Source of the DNA: an uncultured Lachnospiraceae bacterium
GTDB lineage: Bacteria; Bacillota; Clostridia; Lachnospirales; Lachnospiraceae
Direction of reading: 5' to 3'
DNA length: 36,829 nt
NCBI GenBank assembly: GCA_944380155.1
Contig: CALWGS010000096.1
Coordinates: forward strand, 1 to 36,829
This document shows positions 24,119-31,318 of this stretch, one piece after another. The notes beneath the pieces were generated by a model that was not told the DNA's origin, searched no databases, and worked only from the letters and a program-made list of their open reading frames with translations. Both the position numbers and the translations under genes were made by a program. The stretch's first letter is position 1, and each line of letters opens with the position of its first letter.

Positions 24119-26533
24119 TTATTTCGCTACGATGTTGTAGATGCGTCCCTTGACGTAGATTTCTTTTATAATGTTCCTGCCCGCCAGAGCATTGGCAATC
24201 GCGGGGATGGTCATGACCTTCTCGCGGATTGCGGACTGTTCATCGTCTAGGCCGACCATAAGGGTCGCCTTGACTTTGCCGCCGATCTGAACGGCGATCT
24301 CAACAGTCTTCTCGACAGTCTTCGCTTCCTCCCACTCGGGCCAGGAGGAGGTGAAGATACGTCCCTCAAAGCCCGCCAGCTCGAAGAGTTCCTCCGTGAT
24401 ATGAGGGGCAACCGGATTCAGCAGGATTAGCAGCGTGCGGTATTCGCCTCTTGTTACCCTGCCGGCCTTATAGAAGTCGTTCACAAGCGCCATCATGGCC
24501 GCGATCGCGGTGTTGAACTTCAGGCTCTCATAGTCCTGGCTGACCTTCTTAATGGTCTCGTGAACCCTGGTCTCAAGCCCTTTGCTATAGCCATCTTCCT
24601 GTGTCAGCATATCCTGCAGCTTCCAGACACGATCCAGGAATCTGCGGCAGCCTCTTACTCCCTCGTTCGACCAGGAGGCGCTTAAATCGAAGGCTCCGAT
24701 GAACATCTCATAGGTACGCAGGGTATCCGCGCCGAATTCCCTCACGATATCATCGGGATTCACAACATTGCCGCGGGACTTTGACATCTTCTCGCCGTTC
24801 TCGCCAAGAATCATACCATGGGAGGTTCTCTTCTGATACGGCTCCGGAGTGGGAACCAGACCTTGATCATACAGGAACTTATGCCAGAATCTTGAGTACA
24901 GAAGATGCGGCGTGGTATGCGCCATGCCGCCGTTGTACCAGGCAACCGGAAGCCAGTAATCAAGCGCTTCTTTGCTCGCGAATTCCCTGTCATTATGCGG
25001 ATCCGTGTACAGCAGGAAATACCAGGAGGAACCGGCCCACTGAGGCATGGTGTCCGTCTCGCGCATGGCCGGGCCGCCGCACTTCGGGCAGGTTGTCTTC
25101 ACCCAGTCCTTCATTGCGGCCAGCGGAGACTCGCCGTTATCGGTCGGCATATAGCTCTCTACCTCGGGGAGCACCAGCGGAAGCTCGCTCTCGGGAAGGG
25201 GAACGAAGCCGCACTTCTCGCAATGGACAATCGGAATCGGTTCGCCCCAGTAGCGCTGGCGGGAGAAGACCCAGTCTCTGAGCTTGAAGTTCACTTTCCG
25301 GTGTCCGATTCCCTGTTCGGTCAGCCAGTCCGTGATCTTCTGCTTGGCCTCCTTCACCTCCAGGCCGTTCAGGAAATCCGAATTCACCAAGATTCCCGTC
25401 TCGGTGTCCGTAAATGCGGCTTCCTCAACATTGCCGCCCTGAACGACCTCGATAATCGGAAGACCAAACTTCTTCGCGAATGCCCAGTCTCTTTCATCAT
25501 GCGCCGGAACCGCCATAATGGCGCCCGTGCCATAGGACATCAGAACGTAGTCGGAGATCCAGATCGGAATCTCCTTCTTCGTCACCGGATTCACTGCGGT
25601 GATTCCGTCCAGGCACACGCCGGTCTTATCCTTGGCCAGCTCCGTCCTCTCAAAATCCGACTTGCGGGCCGCCGCTTCTCTGTATTCCGTTACGGCATCC
25701 CAATTCTTCAGCTCGTCCTTATACTTGTCAATCAGCGGATGTTCGGGAGAAATGACCATATAGGTAGCGCCGAAGAGCGTATCCGGCCTTGTTGTGTAGA
25801 CGCGCAGAACGTCATCCTTCCCTGTCAGCCGGAAATCCACCTCCGCGCCCTCGCTGCGCCCGATCCAGTTCTTCTGGGAGACCTTGACCTTCTCGATATA
25901 GTCCACAAGGTCGAGATCCCTGATCAGCCTGTCTGCGTATTCCGTAATCTTAAGCATCCACTGGCTCTTCACCTTGCGCACAACCGGGCTGCCGCAGCGT
26001 TCGCATACGCCGTTCACGACCTCCTCATTCGCAAGTCCGACCTTGCAGGAGGTACACCAGTTAATCGGCATCTCGCTCTTATAAGCAAGCCCCTTCTCAT
26101 ACAGCTTCAGAAAGATCCACTGAGTCCACTTGTAATAAGAAGGATCCGTGGTATTAATCTCGCGGCTCCAGTCAAAGGAATAGCCAAGAGACTTTAACTG
26201 ACCCTTGAAACGGGCCACGTTATTTGCGGTTACGATCTTTGGATGAATCTTATTCTTAATGGCATAATTCTCGGTGGGAAGTCCGAATGCGTCCCAGCCC
26301 ATCGGATAGAGGACATTATAGCCCTGAAGCCTTCTCTTGCGCGCGATAATATCAAGCGCCGTGTAGGGCCTTGGATGCCCGACATGAAGACCCTGTCCGG
26401 ATGGATAGGGGAATTCCACGAGGGCGTAATACTTTGGCTTCGTGTAGTCATCCGATGCATGGAAGGCCCCGGTCTCATCCCAGATATCCTGCCATTTCTG
26501 CTCGATGTCCTTAGGTGAATACTCTTTGCTCAT
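24119..26533 (-). CDS. leuS: Leucine--tRNA ligase
   Basis: 804 aa. HIGH-type motif [18 protein letters not shown] motif, and CP1 editing-domain signatures. AAAGGAG RBS. Confidence 0.95.
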   Translation of the reverse strand: MSKEYSPKDIEQKWQDIWDETGAFHASDDYTKPKYYALVEFPYPSGQGLHVGHPRPYTALDIIARKRRLQGYNVLYPMGWDAFGLPTENYAIKNKIHPKIVTANNVARFKGQLKSLGYSFDWSREINTTDPSYYKWTQWIFLKLYEKGLAYKSEMPINWCTSCKVGLANEEVVNGVCERCGSPVVRKVKSQWMLKITEYADRLIRDLDLVDYIEKVKVSQKNWIGRSEGAEVDFRLTGKDDVLRVYTTRPDTLFGATYMVISPEHPLIDKYKDELKNWDAVTEYREAAARKSDFERTELAKDKTGVCLDGITAVNPVTKKEIPIWISDYVLMSYGTGAIMAVPAHDERDWAFAKKFGLPIIEVVQGGNVEEAAFTDTETGILVNSDFLNGLEVKEAKQKITDWLTEQGIGHRKVNFKLRDWVFSRQRYWGEPIPIVHCEKCGFVPLPESELPLVLPEVESYMPTDNGESPLAAMKDWVKTTCPKCGGPAMRETDTMPQWAGSSWYFLLYTDPHNDREFASKEALDYWLPVAWYNGGMAHTTPHLLYSRFWHKFLYDQGLVPTPEPYQKRTSHGMILGENGEKMSKSRGNVVNPDDIVREFGADTLRTYEMFIGAFDLSASWSNEGVRGCRRFLDRVWKLQDMLTQEDGYSKGLETRVHETIKKVSQDYESLKFNTAIAAMMALVNDFYKAGRVTRGEYRTLLILLNPVAPHITEELFELAGFEGRIFTSSWPEWEEAKTVEKTVEIAVQIGGKVKATLMVGLDDEQSAIREKVMTIPAIANALAGRNIIKEIYVKGRIYNIVAK

Positions 26534-26593
26534 ACGATTGCTCCTTTATATGAAATATAGTATTGGCAATATCAGGTGCCCGTGCTGCCCTAT

Positions 26594-26623
26594 ATTATAG
26601 CAAACATGCGGGGGGAAATGCAA
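26594..26623 (-). promoter_or_regulatory. Putative sigma-A promoter (TTGCAT-18-TATAAT) for leuS
   Basis: Reverse complement reads TTGCAT-N18-TATAAT. This leaves a leader of only about 55 nt. Confidence 0.5.
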
Positions 26624-26750
26624 TAGAAAGTGCGGAGGGCTTTCGGAACGGAACCCGTGCGCCGGCGGAGAGAAAGCAGACGGGGAGACGGCCTTTCGGT
26701 GTGTCTGCGGGAACGAAACCGGAGAGAGAAGATAAAAGCAGAGAGAAGAT

Positions 26751-26781
26751 AAAAAAAGAAGCCTTCCTGATGAGAGGCTTC
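26751..26781 (-). terminator. Rho-independent terminator after tRNA-Leu(CAG)
   Basis: The minus strand reads GAAGCCT-N10-AGGCTTC followed by TTTTTTT. Confidence 0.7.
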
Positions 26782-26804
26782 GAATCCGTATCCTGAAATG
26801 AAAA

Positions 26805-26888
26805 TGCAGTTGAGGGGACTTGAACCCCTACCCAAGTACATGGACATGAACCTGAATCATGCGCGTATGCCAATTCCGCCACAACTGC
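26805..26888 (-). tRNA. tRNA-Leu (anticodon CAG), class II, no encoded CCA
   Basis: Hand fold: acceptor GCAGTTG/CAACTGC, D-arm GCGG-AATTGGCATA-CGCG, anticodon arm CATGA-TTCAGGT-TCATG, long variable arm, T-arm AGGGG-TTCAAGT-CCCCT, discriminator A. Confidence 0.9.
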
Positions 26889-26929
26889 ATAAGTCCTAAG
26901 GAAACCTGCTGTTCCCTGCGAACATTGAC

Positions 26930-26957
26930 AGTATACCACATAATAAAAAAAATGCAA
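26930..26957 (-). promoter_or_regulatory. Putative sigma-A promoter (TTGCAT-16-TGgTATACT) for tRNA-Leu(CAG)
   Basis: Reverse complement shows TTGCAT, a 16-nt T-rich spacer and an extended -10 TGGTATACT, about 40 nt upstream of the tRNA. Confidence 0.55.
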
Positions 26958-27043
26958 GCCCTTTTTTGAAAAAAATTAAAAAAATTTATCGGGACAGGAT
27001 TGGAGGAAAAATCGGCACGGTGGCACAGTTCTTTATTTTCCGG

Positions 27044-27072
27044 TTGCAAAATCGAAAGCAGGGGGATATAAT
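27044..27072 (+). promoter_or_regulatory. Putative sigma-A promoter (TTGCAA-17-TATAAT) for the 80-aa ORF
   Basis: TTGCAA at 27044-27049 and TATAAT at 27067-27072. Confidence 0.55.
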
Positions 27073-27145
27073 GCACCTGTGACGGACAATGTCTGAAGCA
27101 TTACAAGATCCAGGGCCATAAGGCCGGGATCCCGGAGGAAATCAT

Positions 27146-27388
27146 ATGTTAAGAGAATTCATTAAGTGCAGCGGGCCGGAAGAGAGAATCCGCCTGATTG
27201 ACGAATCTGTCCCCTCCGACTGGGACGAATCGGAGCTGGCGACCGTGTGCCAGATTGCGGGAGTGACAGACCGGGTTGCGGGAATGGATGTGGAGGAGAC
27301 TCTGGAGGTTCTCCGCAGTGCCCTCAGCGATAAGCTGGACGAGAGCCTGGAGGATGATGAAGTGAACCGGCCGTTTCACCGGATGTAA
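27146..27388 (+). CDS. Hypothetical small, strongly acidic protein (80 aa)
   Basis: GGAGG RBS 7 nt before the ATG, and its own promoter. The sequence is rich in D/E (DESVPSDWDESELA...DESLEDDEV). I recognise no family. Confidence 0.55.
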   Translation: MLREFIKCSGPEERIRLIDESVPSDWDESELATVCQIAGVTDRVAGMDVEETLEVLRSALSDKLDESLEDDEVNRPFHRM

Positions 27389-27394
27389 GCGCGG

Positions 27395-27429
27395 CCGGGA
27401 GGGGCGGATCAGAGCCGTTCCTCCCGGCA
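27395..27429 (+). terminator. Stem-loop after the 80-aa ORF (no U-tract)
   Basis: GCCGGGAGG-N17-CCTCCCGGC, a 9-bp GC stem. It is followed by ACAACC rather than a T-run, so its terminator function is uncertain. Confidence 0.3.
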
Positions 27430-27479
27430 CAACCAATACAGGAATTCGCAGGGACGGCCCGCCCTTTTAAAATTTGTGC

Positions 27480-27508
27480 TTGACATTTGATGATGACAGG
27501 ATTACAAT
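27480..27508 (+). promoter_or_regulatory. Putative sigma-A promoter (TTGACA-17-TACAAT) for tRNA-Asn
   Basis: TTGACA at 27480-27485 and TACAAT at 27503-27508, about 27 nt upstream of the tRNA. Confidence 0.6.
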
Positions 27509-27535
27509 GACATCATGTTTCCGATCTGGTTGTAT

Positions 27536-27608
27536 TCCTCCTTAGCTCAGCCGGTAGAGCATGCGGCTGTTAACCGCAGTGTCGTTGGTTCGAGTCCAAC
27601 AGGGGGAG
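27536..27608 (+). tRNA. tRNA-Asn (anticodon GUU), no encoded CCA
   Basis: Hand fold: acceptor TCCTCCT/AGGGGGA, D-arm GCTC-AGCCGGTA-GAGC, anticodon arm TGCGG-CTGTTAA-CCGCA, T-arm GTTGG-TTCGAGT-CCAAC. Confidence 0.9.
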
Positions 27609-27618
27609 CTTACAACGG

Positions 27619-27647
27619 CCCGCAGGTGATTTGCCTGCGGGTTTTTC
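27619..27647 (+). terminator. Rho-independent terminator after tRNA-Asn
   Basis: CCCGCAGG-TGATTTG-CCTGCGGG followed by TTTTT. Confidence 0.75.
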
Positions 27648-27731
27648 TGTTATCCCCGTTAAAATACTTGCCATCCATGCCGATTATAGTTTACAATAGA
27701 ATCACTTAGAAAGATTGCAAGGAGGGTATCA

Positions 27732-27878
27732 GATGAACCAATGCAAAATTACCGTGTTAAAGACGACATTCGATCAGGAGCTCGCCGACGAGTACGGAGC
27801 GGGGCAGGATGTGTTCTATTACGGGGACTGGATCCGGAAGCCGGGAGTGGCGAAGATCAATTATGTGCCGGTAAAATA
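27732..27878 (+). CDS. 48-aa ORF resembling the N-terminus of TIGR04076-family proteins (possible truncated remnant)
   Basis: Not in the ORF track because it is under 60 aa. AAGGAGGG RBS 7 nt before the ATG. The translation is MNQCKITVLKTTFDQELADEYGAGQDVFYYGDWIRKPGVAKINYVPVK. The first ~22 aa match the M-x-K-x-K-I-T-V-x-K...ELAEEY start of TIGR04076 proteins as I recall them, but the length is about half and the conserved Cys residues are missing. Confidence 0.35.
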
Positions 27879-27966
27879 GGAACCGGCAGTCACAGAAATT
27901 GGATGGAACCTGGAACGAAATCAGGATATGAAATCAAAACATACAATCAGGATGGAGGAGATCGGA

Positions 27967-28515
27967 ATGATGAATATATGGCACGATATTGATGAAGATA
28001 GAATCTACCCTACAGACTTTATGGCAGTGATTGAAATATCAAAAGGAAGCAAGCAAAAATATGAGCTGGACAAGGAAACCGGACTGCTGTCTCTGGATCG
28101 GATCCTGTTCACCGCAACGCATTACCCCATGAACTATGGATTCATCCCCAGAACCTACGGGGACGATAAGGATCCGCTGGATGTACTGGTACTCTGTTCC
28201 GAGCCCATCCAGCCGATGACACTGGTGCGCAGCTACCCCATCGGGGTGATGAAGATGGAGGACGGGGGAATGGGCGATGAGAAGATTATCGCGATTCCGT
28301 ACAGCGATCCGACCTATATGGGGTATACGGATATTGCGGAGCTGCCGGCTCATATCTTCGAGGAACTGAAGCACTTCTTCTCCGTATACAAGAGCCTGGA
28401 AGGAAGGGACACGGTGGTGAGCGAGTTCGGAGGTCCCATTGAGGCGGTCGGAATTATTGAGAAATGCATCGAGAACTATCGGAGAAAGTTCATAGAAGGG
28501 GATCCGTCGTTATAA
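27967..28515 (+). CDS. ppa: Inorganic pyrophosphatase (family I)
   Basis: Contains KYELDKETG, YPMNYGFIPRT, DGDPLDVLV-like (DKDPLDVLVL) and DEKIIA motifs. The start is placed at ATG 27967, 8 nt after GGAGG, rather than the track start at 27928. Confidence 0.9.
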   Translation: MMNIWHDIDEDRIYPTDFMAVIEISKGSKQKYELDKETGLLSLDRILFTATHYPMNYGFIPRTYGDDKDPLDVLVLCSEPIQPMTLVRSYPIGVMKMEDGGMGDEKIIAIPYSDPTYMGYTDIAELPAHIFEELKHFFSVYKSLEGRDTVVSEFGGPIEAVGIIEKCIENYRRKFIEGDPSL

Positions 28516-28566
28516 GCGGGGTTGATTCCGGCGCAATAAAAAATCTTAAAAACTTGAAAAAACCTG

Positions 28567-28595
28567 TTGACAATCCGGCATCCGCGTATTATAAT
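28567..28595 (+). promoter_or_regulatory. Consensus sigma-A promoter (TTGACA-17-TATAAT) for tRNA-Leu(AAG)
   Basis: TTGACA at 28567-28572 and TATAAT at 28590-28595, 13 nt before the tRNA 5' end. Confidence 0.65.
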
Positions 28596-28608
28596 AGCCT
28601 AGTGTTAA

Positions 28609-28692
28609 GCAGTCGTGGCGGAATTGGCATACGCGCTAGACTAAGGATCTAGTCCGGGTTTCTGGGTAGGGGTTCAAGTCCCCTCGACTGCA
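28609..28692 (+). tRNA. tRNA-Leu with anticodon AAG (A34), class II, no encoded CCA
   Basis: Hand fold: acceptor GCAGTCG/CGACTGC, D-arm identical to the Leu-CAG gene, anticodon arm CTAGA-CTAAGGA-TCTAG (U33, then A34 A35 G36), long variable arm, T-arm AGGGG-TTCAAGT-CCCCT, discriminator A. Confidence 0.85.
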
Positions 28693-28699
28693 TGGAATG

Positions 28700-28729
28700 G
28701 AGCTGGCAGAGAGTGTCAGCTCTTTTTTT
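28700..28729 (+). terminator. Rho-independent terminator after tRNA-Leu(AAG)
   Basis: GAGCTGGCA-GAGAG-TGTCAGCTC (9 bp including one G-U pair) followed by TTTTTTT. Confidence 0.8.
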
Positions 28730-28769
28730 ATCTCGGCGTTAAACAGGATCAATTTCGGAGGAACAGGAT

Positions 28770-29597
28770 ATGGAACGACAAAAACGAGTTGCGGTGATTC
28801 ATGATTTGGCGGGATACGGCAGGTGTGCGCTGGCGGTTGCGCTCCCCGTGATTTCGGCGGAGGGACTGGAGTGCTGTGTGCTGCCGACAAGCATTCTTTC
28901 TTCGAATGCGGCATTCCCGGGATACTACCGGGATGACGGGACGGAGAGAATGGAGCGGTTTCTGTCGCACTGGGATGAGCTGGATCTGGAATTTGACGGA
29001 ATTTATGTCGGATATCTTGGATCCGCGGCCGGAATTGAGCTGGCTGCGGAGTTTCTTAAGAGATTCCGCAGGGAGAATACCATTGTGCTGTTCGACCCTG
29101 TCATGGGGGATCACGGGAGGCTGTATTCTGCGTGTTCTCCTGAGGTGTGCGAGAAAATGGAGGATCTGCTCGCATACAGCGATGTGATTACGCCGAATCT
29201 GACGGAAGCATACCGGCTTGCGGGACTGGAGTATCCGGACGAACATCCGTCGGGCGAGGCGCTTTGGGAGCTGGAAGAGAGACTTTGCGCGAAGGGGCCG
29301 TCTGAGGTGGTGCTGACAGGTATTGCGGAGGGGGAGGATCTGGTGAATCAGATCTGTTCGCGGGACGGATCCCGCAGTCGGATTCCCGCAAGAAGGAGCG
29401 GAGGAGATCGCTGCGGGACCGGGGATGTCTTCGCCTCGATTGTCTTTGCGGAGATTGTGAGAGGACGCGGGACAGAACAGGCCGTTAAGAAGGCTGCGGG
29501 CTTTCTTGAGGAAGCAATTGCGTATACGGAGCAGAGCAAAGTTCCGTCAAGGAACGGAGTCTGTTTTGAGCCGTTTTTATATCGGTTAATTCAGTAG
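28770..29597 (+). CDS. pdxK: Pyridoxamine/pyridoxal kinase (ribokinase-like PdxK/PdxY family)
   Basis: 275 aa. The N-terminus RVAVIHDLAGYGRCALAVALPVISA...LPTSILSSN and the C-terminal GTGDVFAS anion-hole motif are typical of pyridoxal kinases. GGAGG RBS. Confidence 0.8.
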   Translation: MERQKRVAVIHDLAGYGRCALAVALPVISAEGLECCVLPTSILSSNAAFPGYYRDDGTERMERFLSHWDELDLEFDGIYVGYLGSAAGIELAAEFLKRFRRENTIVLFDPVMGDHGRLYSACSPEVCEKMEDLLAYSDVITPNLTEAYRLAGLEYPDEHPSGEALWELEERLCAKGPSEVVLTGIAEGEDLVNQICSRDGSRSRIPARRSGGDRCGTGDVFASIVFAEIVRGRGTEQAVKKAAGFLEEAIAYTEQSKVPSRNGVCFEPFLYRLIQ

Positions 29598-29610
29598 AGA
29601 GGTTCACACG

Positions 29611-29638
29611 GAAGTTCACGGTGTGGACTTCTTTTTTT
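29611..29638 (+). terminator. Rho-independent terminator after the kinase gene
   Basis: GAAGTTCAC-GGT-GTGGACTTC followed by TTTTTTT. Confidence 0.7.
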
Positions 29639-29675
29639 GGTCTCTTGGAGTTGCGTCCGGAATGGAAAAAGGAAC

Positions 29676-29704
29676 TTGTAAGGGAGCGTATTTGAGAGTA
29701 TAAT
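29676..29704 (+). promoter_or_regulatory. Putative sigma-A promoter (TTGTAA-17-TATAAT) of the TIGR01440-MoxR-DUF58-transglutaminase operon
   Basis: TTGTAA at 29676-29681 and TATAAT at 29699-29704. Confidence 0.5.
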
Positions 29705-29777
29705 AAGGGCGGAACAGAAGTGTAATGAATAGTGATGAGATTACAGTATTATTCTAAATCCGGGAGGCGGATCGATT

Positions 29778-30338
29778 ATGGAAGGAATTACGGAGATTAT
29801 CCGCTCAGAGGCCAGGCAGGCCGTTATGGAGCTGATTGAGGCGGCCGGGCTGGAGGCGGGCGATTTGATAGTGATTGGCTGTTCTTCGAGTGAGATACTG
29901 GGAGAGCGGATTGGCCGGGGGTCGAGCCCGGCGGCGGCGCAGGCTGTATTTGACGGGGTGTATCCTGTGCTGGAGAGATATGGAATTGAACTGGCGGCGC
30001 AGTGCTGTGAGCATCTGAACCGGGCACTGATTCTGGAACGGGACGCTGCGGCCAAGAGGCAGCTTCCGATTGTGAACGTGCTTCCCATGCCCAAGGCGGG
30101 GGGTTCCTTTGCAACGGCGGTCTACGAGGGGCTTAAGAATCCGGTTGCCGTGGAGGAGCTTCGCGCGGATGCGGGAATGGATATCGGAGATACTTTGATT
30201 GGTATGCATTTGAAACAGGTTGCGGTGCCGGTAAGGGTTTCGGTGAAGCGGATCGGGCGGGCGAACCTTGTCTGCGCGAGAACAAGGCCGAAGTATATAG
30301 GCGGCGAGAGGGCGCAGTATCAGGACGCGCTCCGTTAG
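29778..30338 (+). CDS. TIGR01440 (UPF0340/DUF436) family protein
   Basis: 186 aa. Contains IVIGCSSSEI...AAQCCEHLNRALI...AGGSFA...DIGDTLIGMH, as I recall for this family. Confidence 0.75.
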   Translation: MEGITEIIRSEARQAVMELIEAAGLEAGDLIVIGCSSSEILGERIGRGSSPAAAQAVFDGVYPVLERYGIELAAQCCEHLNRALILERDAAAKRQLPIVNVLPMPKAGGSFATAVYEGLKNPVAVEELRADAGMDIGDTLIGMHLKQVAVPVRVSVKRIGRANLVCARTRPKYIGGERAQYQDALR

Positions 30339-30355
30339 GAGGATTAGAAGGAAGA

Positions 30356-31318
30356 ATGGCGGATGAGAGAAGAATCATAGAGAATGTGCTTCGGGAGGTC
30401 GGGAAGGCCGTAGTCGGAAAGGATGAGGTGATCCTTACGATGTTCACTGCCATGCTGGCGGGAGGGCATGTGCTGCTTGAGGATATTCCGGGAGTCGGGA
30501 AGACGACGCTGGCGGTTGCGTTTTCAAGAGCCTTTGCGCTTCGTTACCGGAGAATGCAGTTTACTCCTGACGTGCTGCCCTCCGACGTGGTTGGATTCAC
30601 GATGTATGACAGAGAGAGCGGAGAATTCATCTACCGGGAAGGAAGCGTTATGTGCAATTTGTTTCTGGCGGATGAGATTAACCGCACTTCTTCTAAGACG
30701 CAGTCGGCGCTTCTTGAGGTGATGGAAGAGGGAAAGGTTACGGTGGACGGGATTACAAGAGAGGTTCCGAAGCCCTTTCTTGTGATCGCAACTCAGAATC
30801 CGTCCGGTTCCGCGGGAACACAGCTGCTTCCGGAATCCCAGCTGGATCGGTTCATGGTGAGAATGTCGATGGGATATCCCGATTTGGGCAGCGAGATCCG
30901 TATGATGAAGGAGAGGCACGGAATGAATCCGCTTGATCAGGTAGAGGCCGTGGCCCGGGCGGAGGATCTGTATGAGCTGCAGCGCGCGGCGGAGCAGGTC
31001 TATGTGAAGGACGAGTTGTACGAATATGTGGCCAGACTGGCGGCAAGGACCAGAGAGCATGAACTGACAGAGATTGGGGTCAGTCCCAGAGGGAGCCTGG
31101 CCGTGATTCATATGGCGAAGGCGGCTGCTTATATCCGGGGCCGTGATTTTGTGATTCCGTCGGATATCCGGGATATCTATCGCCCTGCGTGCGGCCACAG
31201 GATTGTGCTGTCCGCCAAGGCGAGGATTGCGAGGATGGGAGTGCGGGAGCTGATGGATGAGATTCTTGAATCCGTTCCGGCTCCGAAGCTTGCGGGGAAG
31301 AAGAGGCAGGCATTATGA
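30356..31318 (+). CDS. MoxR family AAA+ ATPase
   Basis: 320 aa. Walker A is GVGKTT in the LLEDIPGVGKTTLA context, Walker B is LFLADEINR, followed by VIATQNP and SPRG. This is a typical MoxR. Confidence 0.9.
   Translation: MADERRIIENVLREVGKAVVGKDEVILTMFTAMLAGGHVLLEDIPGVGKTTLAVAFSRAFALRYRRMQFTPDVLPSDVVGFTMYDRESGEFIYREGSVMCNLFLADEINRTSSKTQSALLEVMEEGKVTVDGITREVPKPFLVIATQNPSGSAGTQLLPESQLDRFMVRMSMGYPDLGSEIRMMKERHGMNPLDQVEAVARAEDLYELQRAAEQVYVKDELYEYVARLAARTREHELTEIGVSPRGSLAVIHMAKAAAYIRGRDFVIPSDIRDIYRPACGHRIVLSAKARIARMGVRELMDEILESVPAPKLAGKKRQAL

Noticed and set aside
24905-26197. 430-aa plus-strand ORF antisense to leuS
   Set aside because: leuS, with its HIGH and KMSKS motifs, occupies the minus strand. 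The antisense translation is R/L/H/P-rich.
26534-26804. Expected T-box leader upstream of leuS; also ORF 26563-26796 (77 aa) and the purine-rich tract with repeated AGAGAGAAGATAAAA units
   Set aside because: No T-box consensus, specifier loop or antiterminator could be found by eye, and the best promoter lies only ~55 nt from the ATG. The 77-aa ORF has no RBS and lies on the strand opposite the flanking genes, across a terminator. I could not assign a function to the purine-rich spacer and treat it as a spacer.
27741-27992. 83-aa track ORF between tRNA-Asn and ppa
   Set aside because: It has no RBS. It overlaps the better-supported 48-aa ORF (27732-27878) in another frame and runs into the ppa start. 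The translation is R/G-rich with no features.
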